Origin: Bacteroidaceae bacterium
GTDB lineage: Bacteria; Bacillota_I; Bacilli_A; RFN20; CAG-826
Reading direction: 5' to 3'
Length of the DNA: 64,000 nt
Assembly: GCA_963624045.1 (NCBI GenBank)
Contig: CAVFNI010000007.1
Span: 21,935-85,934, forward strand
Below the pieces are notes generated by a model, which had not been told where the DNA came from, ran no database searches, and saw only the letters and a list, made by a program, of their open reading frames with translations. Of this stretch, positions 41,509 through 46,787 are shown in pieces; position 1 is the first letter of the stretch, and each line of letters starts with the position of its first letter. Made by a program: the position numbers and the translations under genes.

Positions 41509-42123
41509 ATGAACAATTCCAATTTACCTTTTTCCGATGAATCGGATGAAAGCCTTTTGATGTTAGCGAGACGGGGAAACGTCTCTGCTCACCTCGCCCT
41601 CACCAAACGTTATTTTGACCGAAAGCACATTTTGGCCAAACAAGCGTCGGCGCCTTTGGCGTCGCTTTTCGATAGTTGGGACATCAACCATATTTTCTTT
41701 ACGACCTTTCTTCACGCCTCTGATCGGTATGAGTTGGGTCAAATGGCCAAATTCTCGACTTATTTCCTCACCTGCTTCCGCCATGAATTGTTGGCCGAAG
41801 CCAAAGCGAATAAGATTTTCGAAAGGGGAATGGTCCTTTCGTTAGATGCGGAATGCTCTTCCGATTATTCGGAAGGCAGTTTCGCTCTATCTGACGTGAT
41901 TGCCGCTCCCGACGAGGATCCGATGCGCTATGTCGATTTCTTTGACGAATGCCTTGAAAACGGCAACGAAGAATACCAAATCGACCCTCAAGCGGTGGAT
42001 GTGGCTAGGCTCAAGATCTATGGCTATAGCTTCCGAGCGATAGCTAGGCTTATGAATCAAAGCGTGCGCCGTTGCAAGAATCTTTATCTCCTGTTCCTAG
42101 GGATGGTGAAGCGTTTGCTATAA
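41509..42123 (+). CDS. Divergent sigma-70-family sigma factor in the sigH position
   Basis: Region-2-like sequence SLLMLARRGNVSAHLALTKRY...FSTYFLTCFRHELL and a region-4 HTH YSFRAIARLMNQSVRRCKN. Synteny is cysS-rlmB-[sigH]-rpmG-secE-nusG. Confidence 0.55.
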   Translation: MNNSNLPFSDESDESLLMLARRGNVSAHLALTKRYFDRKHILAKQASAPLASLFDSWDINHIFFTTFLHASDRYELGQMAKFSTYFLTCFRHELLAEAKANKIFERGMVLSLDAECSSDYSEGSFALSDVIAAPDEDPMRYVDFFDECLENGNEEYQIDPQAVDVARLKIYGYSFRAIARLMNQSVRRCKNLYLLFLGMVKRLL

Positions 42124-42148
42124 GATTAACCTCCTCATTACGTTCTTT

Positions 42149-42174
42149 GGCGGGCCATTACGGCCCGCTTTTAA
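42149..42174 (+). terminator. Rho-independent terminator after the sigma-factor gene
   Basis: Stem GCGGGCC, loop ATTAC, stem GGCCCGC, followed by TTTTAATGTTTT. Confidence 0.75.
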
Positions 42175-42181
42175 TGTTTTC

Positions 42182-42961
42182 GTGAGCAAATGGAACGCGT
42201 CGTCTTATGCTACAATAGAAGCAGCTAAAGAAATTGATTGGCGGTGGTTATACATGTCTTTGAAATTAGACGATCTTGAAACATTCAAAAAACATAGAAA
42301 CGAGATTTCTGAGTCTTTGATAAATAAATTTGTAGGTAGAGAAAAAGACATTGATAATATTTGTGATTTGTTGGTGCGGAATGATTTCATTGCCATAACC
42401 GGACCTGCCGGAATTGGTAAAAGCAGGTTAGCAGTGGCGACTATAGAAAAGTATTCTTTGGAAAATAAAAAAATCAGTGTTTTATGCGTCAAAAGTTTTG
42501 GTGACTACATATCTGCCATTGAGGAATCTATAGAAGACTCAAAGCAATATCTTTTGCTGATAGATGATGCTAGCAATCTCAAAAGATTTGACGAAGTGAT
42601 TAAAAGATTCGAAGAAGCCAATCAAATGACGCTCATCGAAAGTTTGTATTCATTGTTTTTGGAGAAGAAGTGGACAGTTAAAGAATTCACGCAAGAGACA
42701 GCGTTAACGAAAGACCTTTTCAGCAAAATAAAGAACAAGCAAAGGAAAAGCCTCGAAAAGAAGACTCTCATCCAAATCCTGATTGGGCTTAGGCTTCCTA
42801 AGGATCAGCGAGATTATCTAATAGAGAAAAATCAAACTCAGCTTTCAAAATACGACTTAGAAGATGTCCTTTATGATTTCATGCTCGCATCGGGAGTTGG
42901 TATTGACGACGCTGATGCATTGCTTAAAGAATTGGGAAAAGAGGGTTTTATAAAAAAATAA
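42182..42961 (+). CDS. Chimeric ORF: truncated STAND/AAA-type P-loop N-terminus joined in frame to an XRE-like HTH C-terminus
   Basis: FVGREKDIDNICDLL...ITGPAGIGKSRLA (Walker A) and YLLLIDDA (Walker B) are followed after ~20 aa by WTVKEFTQETALTKDLFSKIKNKQRKSLEKKTLIQILIGLRL (HTH-like). The annotated start is a GTG without an SD; the ATG at 42254 (GGTGG upstream) is an alternative. Confidence 0.45.
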   Translation: MSKWNASSYATIEAAKEIDWRWLYMSLKLDDLETFKKHRNEISESLINKFVGREKDIDNICDLLVRNDFIAITGPAGIGKSRLAVATIEKYSLENKKISVLCVKSFGDYISAIEESIEDSKQYLLLIDDASNLKRFDEVIKRFEEANQMTLIESLYSLFLEKKWTVKEFTQETALTKDLFSKIKNKQRKSLEKKTLIQILIGLRLPKDQRDYLIEKNQTQLSKYDLEDVLYDFMLASGVGIDDADALLKELGKEGFIKK

Positions 42962-42971
42962 TACGGTAAAA

Positions 42972-42988
42972 ATATTTTCTAAAAATAC
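42972..42988. promoter_or_regulatory. 17-bp near-palindrome ATATTTTCTAAAAATAC (candidate operator, copy 1)
   Basis: It shares 15 of 17 positions with 43048-43064 and has the dyad TATTTT-N-AAAATA. Confidence 0.4.
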
Positions 42989-43047
42989 AAAACAATCATA
43001 TAAGAGGATAATTTCATGAAAAACTGCTTAAAAAGTCCATAAAAGCT

Positions 43048-43064
43048 GTATTTTCGAAAAATAC
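43048..43064. promoter_or_regulatory. 17-bp palindrome GTATTTTCGAAAAATAC (candidate operator, copy 2)
   Basis: Arms GTATTTT/AAAATAC. It lies ~20 bp upstream of a TATAAT hexamer (43085-43090) and ~80 bp upstream of the cassette start. Confidence 0.4.
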
Positions 43065-43143
43065 GGGCATTTTTAAACCTCAAATATAATGGAGCCAGAA
43101 CGAGTTAGACACGTTCGAAATTCATTAATAGGAGGTTATAAGA

Positions 43144-43800
43144 ATGTCTAAAAATATCATTGATGACGGTTACTCATCATACCTGGTTGATGGTGCTACC
43201 TTTGTAGGCAAGTACCAGATTCCATCCATTCCAAAACATGATGTGATTCGCATCCCCAAGGATATGGTCCCATTTGATAAGAGAAACGTCGTGAAGGAAA
43301 GAAATCTAGCGATAGATTTCTACATGCATGATGTGACTTTCAGACAAATACTCACATCGACAAGCAAATATCTTGATGAACTATCAAGGTTTGCGGCGGT
43401 GATTTCGCCGGATTGCTCACTCTACAGGGATATGCCGTTATGCTTGCAGATAACCAACACCTATATGAGTAGGGCTGTTGGCTTCTATCTTCAAAGACGC
43501 GGCGTATATGTGATTCCGAATGTTCGGTGGGGAGACGAAAGGAGCTTCGAATTCTGCTTCCAAGGACTTCCTACAAACGACATCGTATGCGTCAGCACGC
43601 ATGGATGCATCAAAGGCGAGGAAAACAAGTATTATTTCAAACTTGGACTTGAAGAAATGCTTAACGTCTTGAAACCACAGGTCGTGCTCGTTCACGGGCC
43701 AATGCCGGTTGAGGTGTTCTCTGATTTTCCAAGCAAGACGAAGCTTGTCCATTACAAGAGCTATATCTCCAAAATGAAGGGAGGTAGGCGTAATGGGTAG
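43144..43800 (+). CDS. DUF4417-like protein (function unknown)
   Basis: The 218-aa ORF has an AGGAGG SD. DFYMHDVTFRQIL...AVISPDCSLYRDMPLCLQITNTYMSRAVGFYLQRRGVYVIPNVRWGDERSFEFCF resembles my memory of the DUF4417 core (...SPDFSLY.DMP...Q..N.YR.R....W...G..VIP.V.W.D..S..FCF). Confidence 0.45.
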   Translation: MSKNIIDDGYSSYLVDGATFVGKYQIPSIPKHDVIRIPKDMVPFDKRNVVKERNLAIDFYMHDVTFRQILTSTSKYLDELSRFAAVISPDCSLYRDMPLCLQITNTYMSRAVGFYLQRRGVYVIPNVRWGDERSFEFCFQGLPTNDIVCVSTHGCIKGEENKYYFKLGLEEMLNVLKPQVVLVHGPMPVEVFSDFPSKTKLVHYKSYISKMKGGRRNG

Positions 43801-44326
43801 TGGAATCTCCGGAAACTACACTGGCGTAAGGCCGAATGAAGAATCTCAACCATACGCAATCGCTTATCGTGTTACGGACGATTTGCTCGAGCGAGATAAG
43901 CAGAATCCGGATATCTATGATTCAATTAGCGGATATTTCAAAAACCCTACAACAACCAATCTCAGCGAAGCGATTATTGGTGATGGAGTTTATATGGGCG
44001 AAAGGCGCATGCATGGCAAATTTCCATACGTCTTGACGGAAGACGGTAAAATATTATTTGGTAAGAGATCTAATCCTAATAATTCATCTAAAAGAGCTCC
44101 ACATCCAACCTTAATAGGTGGAAAAAATCCAAAAGTCAAATGTGCTGGCATGATTACATTCTCTAAGGGAAAGGTCGTTTCAGTAAATAATGATAGCGGC
44201 CATTTCAAACCAAATGTGAAATCCATGAAATACGTTAATGGCTTCATGAATAAACTATATGAACACCACCTACCGTCTTTAGCAACATGTCAAAATGGAG
44301 GAAGAATAAATGACAACGATCAATGA
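43793..44326 (+). CDS. Hypothetical 177-aa protein, toxin-like
   Basis: GGGAGG SD, and the start overlaps the upstream stop (ATGGGTAG). There is no signal peptide or TM segment. The conserved-looking block HPTLIGGKNPKVKCAGMITFSKGKVVSVNNDSGHFKP recalls C-terminal toxin modules of polymorphic toxins. This is a recollection, not a verified hit. Confidence 0.35.
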   Translation: MGSGISGNYTGVRPNEESQPYAIAYRVTDDLLERDKQNPDIYDSISGYFKNPTTTNLSEAIIGDGVYMGERRMHGKFPYVLTEDGKILFGKRSNPNNSSKRAPHPTLIGGKNPKVKCAGMITFSKGKVVSVNNDSGHFKPNVKSMKYVNGFMNKLYEHHLPSLATCQNGGRINDNDQ

Positions 44327-44771
44327 AATAACAAAAAAACTATTTAGTGTCAATTTTGAAAAGGATTTAGATGACGGCGAAGTATCTAATGCTTATGAAA
44401 GCATGGCTGAGGAATTGATAAAAAACAACAAGTGGTCTGATGTTTATGCTTCTTGGTTTTACTATCTTGTCAACAATTGCAAGACAGAAGAAGAAGTTCT
44501 AAATTTTGCTAATCTCTTTTGGTTCTACGAAGGCTATAAACATTTCATTCCAAACGCAGTGGAGTTTTGTGCTTTTTTCTATGCCAATATATCATTTGAC
44601 AATTATCCTGATGCCGCAGAAATATTAGATAGCATTACTTGTGAAGTATTTTTGAATTCCGGAATATATCCAAGCGCATCTCTTCGTTACGACGAATATA
44701 TTCCGGCGAACGATCCTAAGATAAAAAAAGCCATCTACAAATGGAAGGAGAAAGGTTATGGATTGTGTTAA
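44310..44771 (+). CDS. Hypothetical 153-aa acidic, aromatic-rich protein, immunity/antitoxin-like
   Basis: GGAGGAAG SD, and a 17-nt overlap with the upstream ORF. The composition looks helical, and I recognise no motifs. Confidence 0.35.
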   Translation: MTTINEITKKLFSVNFEKDLDDGEVSNAYESMAEELIKNNKWSDVYASWFYYLVNNCKTEEEVLNFANLFWFYEGYKHFIPNAVEFCAFFYANISFDNYPDAAEILDSITCEVFLNSGIYPSASLRYDEYIPANDPKIKKAIYKWKEKGYGLC

Positions 44772-45303
44772 ATTATCGAAAGAAGTTTCATATGCATTAA
44801 GGCACGCGCCATGGGAATACGAGCTTGAACTCGATGAGAACGGATTCGTTCCGGTAGAGCAATTGCTACATTCCCTGAATTCGTTAAATAAATATGGCAG
44901 AGATGTTACGAAGGAAGATCTTGAATACATTATTGCTAATTCCGACAAGAAGAGGCACGAAATCGTTGGAGACAAAATCAGAGCCTTATACGGCCATTCA
45001 GTCCCAAATAAAATTGAAAAAGTGCCTTCAATTCCGCCTGATGTCCTATATCATGGGACAGCCAAAAGATTCCTCGATTCCATAATGAAGGATGGCTTGC
45101 TTCCCATGAAGAGACAATACGTTCATCTTAGCGTTGATATGGATACGGCAACGGTGGTCGGGAAGAGAAGAGATGGCGACCCCATAATTCTTGAGATTGA
45201 TGCCAAGGCTGCATCTGACGATGGAATCGCGTTCTATATTGGAAACGACAAGGTGTGGATGTGTGACAAGTTGCCGGCGAAATACATTAAAATTCCTAAA
45301 TGA
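44758..45303 (+). CDS. kptA: RNA 2'-phosphotransferase, KptA/Tpt1 family
   Basis: LSKEVSYALRHAPWEYELELDENGFVPVEQLL, IRALYGHS, VLYHGT and RQYVHLS are Tpt1 hallmarks, including the Arg/His catalytic positions. Length is 181 aa. It overlaps the upstream ORF by 14 nt. Confidence 0.85.
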   Translation: MDCVKLSKEVSYALRHAPWEYELELDENGFVPVEQLLHSLNSLNKYGRDVTKEDLEYIIANSDKKRHEIVGDKIRALYGHSVPNKIEKVPSIPPDVLYHGTAKRFLDSIMKDGLLPMKRQYVHLSVDMDTATVVGKRRDGDPIILEIDAKAASDDGIAFYIGNDKVWMCDKLPAKYIKIPK

Positions 45304-45357
45304 AGAAGGTTCCAAACATAAAAAAGAGGTTGTCCAAAAGACTGCTTTCTTCTTTTC

Positions 45358-45386
45358 TTGACAGGTCGCTATCGCGGTCCTATTAT
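45358..45386 (+). promoter_or_regulatory. Sigma-A-type promoter of rpmG-secE-nusG
   Basis: TTGACA (45358-45363), a 17-bp spacer, then TATTAT (45381-45386). Confidence 0.7.
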
Positions 45387-45410
45387 TGACACGCTGAGAA
45401 AGGATAAAGA

Positions 45411-45560
45411 ATGGGTAGGGAAAAGAAATTTTTAATTTGCTCCGATTGTCTCTCGAGAAATTACCAAACCTCTAAGCGCTCGGACGATCCCACTCGTTTG
45501 GAAATCAAAAAATTTTGCCCCAAGTGCGGTCGCTACACGATCCATAAGGAAAGCAAATAA
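45411..45560 (+). CDS. rpmG: 50S ribosomal protein L33
   Basis: Manual translation gives MGREKKFLICSDCLSRNYQTSKRSDDPTRLEIKKFCPKCGRYTIHKESK (CxxC...CxxC). The ORF is below the track's size cutoff. Confidence 0.92.
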   Translation: MGREKKFLICSDCLSRNYQTSKRSDDPTRLEIKKFCPKCGRYTIHKESK

Positions 45561-45569
45561 AGGAGGTCT

Positions 45570-45764
45570 ATGAATCCACACAAGTACATGAAAGAAGTGG
45601 TCAAAGAAGGCAAGCGCGTTCGTTGGCCTTCCCGTGACAAGCTTTGGCCCGCTATCGCCGTGGTTATTTGCATCTCTGTCTTCGCCGCCATCTTTTTGAT
45701 GCTCGAAGACTTGACGGCGAATAGCATCATCACGCAGCTTAAAGACGCTTTTGGAGGAATGTAA
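45570..45764 (+). CDS. secE: Preprotein translocase subunit SecE
   Basis: Motif EVVKEGKRVRWPSRDKL followed by a single TM segment. Position fits synteny. Confidence 0.9.
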   Translation: MNPHKYMKEVVKEGKRVRWPSRDKLWPAIAVVICISVFAAIFLMLEDLTANSIITQLKDAFGGM

Positions 45765-45765
45765 G

Positions 45766-46323
45766 ATGGAAGCACCGCAATTAGGTGAGAAGCAGTGGTA
45801 TATCGTTACCACTTATTCGATGCACGAGGCTAAAACGGCCGACAATTTAAAGAAACGTATCAAGACGATGAACATGGAAAAGAAGATTTTCCGTGTTTTG
45901 GTCGCCGAGGTGGAAGAGCCGGTTTTAAAAGATGGCATCGCCACTGGCAAAATGAAGACAAGGAACCTTTATCCCGGATATATCTTCGTTGAAATGGTCA
46001 TGGCTGACGATTCCTGGTATATCGTCCGTAATACTCCAGGCGTTACTGGTATCGCTGGTTCTAGTGGCGGCGGTCAAAAACCAACCCCGGTCACTCGCGA
46101 GGAAATCGAACCCGTTCTTAAGAGAATGGGCATGGTCGACAGCTCCATGTACGACCGTTATAGTGTGGGTGACCGTGTCAAAGTTATCCACGGCCCGCTC
46201 GAAGGGACGGAAGGCACAATCCTTTCCATTGACAAATCGACGGGCGCTTGCCGCGTCGATACGGTCTTTTTCGGTCGCAGCACGCCGGTGGATGTGGATT
46301 TCTCGGAAATTGAGAAAATCTAA
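45766..46323 (+). CDS. nusG: Transcription termination/antitermination factor NusG
   Basis: Motifs KQWYIVTTYSMHE, PGYIFVEM and the KOW sequence GDRVKVIHGPLEGTEGTI. The ATG at 45766 follows a GGAGG SD. Confidence 0.93.
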   Translation: MEAPQLGEKQWYIVTTYSMHEAKTADNLKKRIKTMNMEKKIFRVLVAEVEEPVLKDGIATGKMKTRNLYPGYIFVEMVMADDSWYIVRNTPGVTGIAGSSGGGQKPTPVTREEIEPVLKRMGMVDSSMYDRYSVGDRVKVIHGPLEGTEGTILSIDKSTGACRVDTVFFGRSTPVDVDFSEIEKI

Positions 46324-46360
46324 TTTCGTTTTTCGTAACATAAGATCACCAAATCACAAA

Positions 46361-46390
46361 AGGCCGCCCGACAGGCGGTCTTTTGCTTTG
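46361..46390 (+). terminator. Rho-independent terminator after nusG
   Basis: Stem AGGCCGCC, loop CGACA, stem GGCGGTCT, followed by TTTTGCTTTG. Confidence 0.75.
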
Positions 46391-46399
46391 TCTAAAAAT

Positions 46400-46419
46400 A
46401 TATGAACAATTTTTCATAT
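46400..46419. promoter_or_regulatory. ArsR/SmtB-type operator, copy 1 (ATATGAA-N6-TTCATAT)
   Basis: A perfect 7-6-7 inverted repeat that abuts the -35 hexamer. Confidence 0.6.
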
Positions 46420-46424
46420 TTATA

Positions 46425-46452
46425 TTGACGAGCCAAACAAAAAGGATATGAT
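46425..46452 (+). promoter_or_regulatory. Promoter of the arsR-family / P1B-ATPase operon
   Basis: TTGACG (46425-46430), a 16-bp spacer, then TATGAT (46447-46452). Confidence 0.55.
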
Positions 46453-46462
46453 TATCGTTGAA

Positions 46463-46482
46463 ATATGAAAGGACATTCATAT
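46463..46482. promoter_or_regulatory. ArsR/SmtB-type operator, copy 2 (ATATGAA-N6-TTCATAT)
   Basis: The arms are identical to copy 1. It covers the SD (AAAGGA) and ends 1 nt before the ATG at 46483. It lies 63 bp from copy 1. Confidence 0.6.
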
Positions 46483-46785
46483 ATGAGCACATTACCAGTC
46501 GATAAAACGTTAGAAAAGATGGAGGAGCTTCTAAACGTCGCTAGTGATTTCACTAGACTCAAAATCCTCTATTCCATTAACGGCGAAGAGAAGAACGTCA
46601 GCGAAATCATGGAAGAAGTGGGGGCTTCGCAATCTTTGATATCCCACCAACTTAAAGTGCTTCGTAAAAACCATTTGGTCCAAACGCGGAAAGATGGCCA
46701 TAAAGTCTATTATCGTTTGGCCGATGAACACGTCAGCAAATTGCTAGAAGTTGTTCATGACCACGTTTTGGAAGAGGGGGAATAA
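46483..46785 (+). CDS. ArsR/SmtB-family metal-responsive transcriptional repressor
   Basis: ASDFTRLKILYSINGEEKNVSEIMEEVGASQSLISHQLKVLRKNHLVQTRKDGHKVYYRL is a winged HTH. The track start at 46465 is also possible. Confidence 0.85.
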   Translation: MSTLPVDKTLEKMEELLNVASDFTRLKILYSINGEEKNVSEIMEEVGASQSLISHQLKVLRKNHLVQTRKDGHKVYYRLADEHVSKLLEVVHDHVLEEGE

Positions 46786-46787
46786 AG

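Noticed and set aside
44085-44215. HPTL in the 177-aa protein read as a 2H-phosphoesterase H-x-T-x motif. This would fit Tpt1 chemistry, since Appr>p is hydrolysed by 2H enzymes.
   Set aside because: A 2H fold needs two H-x-[TS]-x motifs. The only other candidate, GHFKP, does not fit. I kept the idea only as something for a structure or profile search to test.
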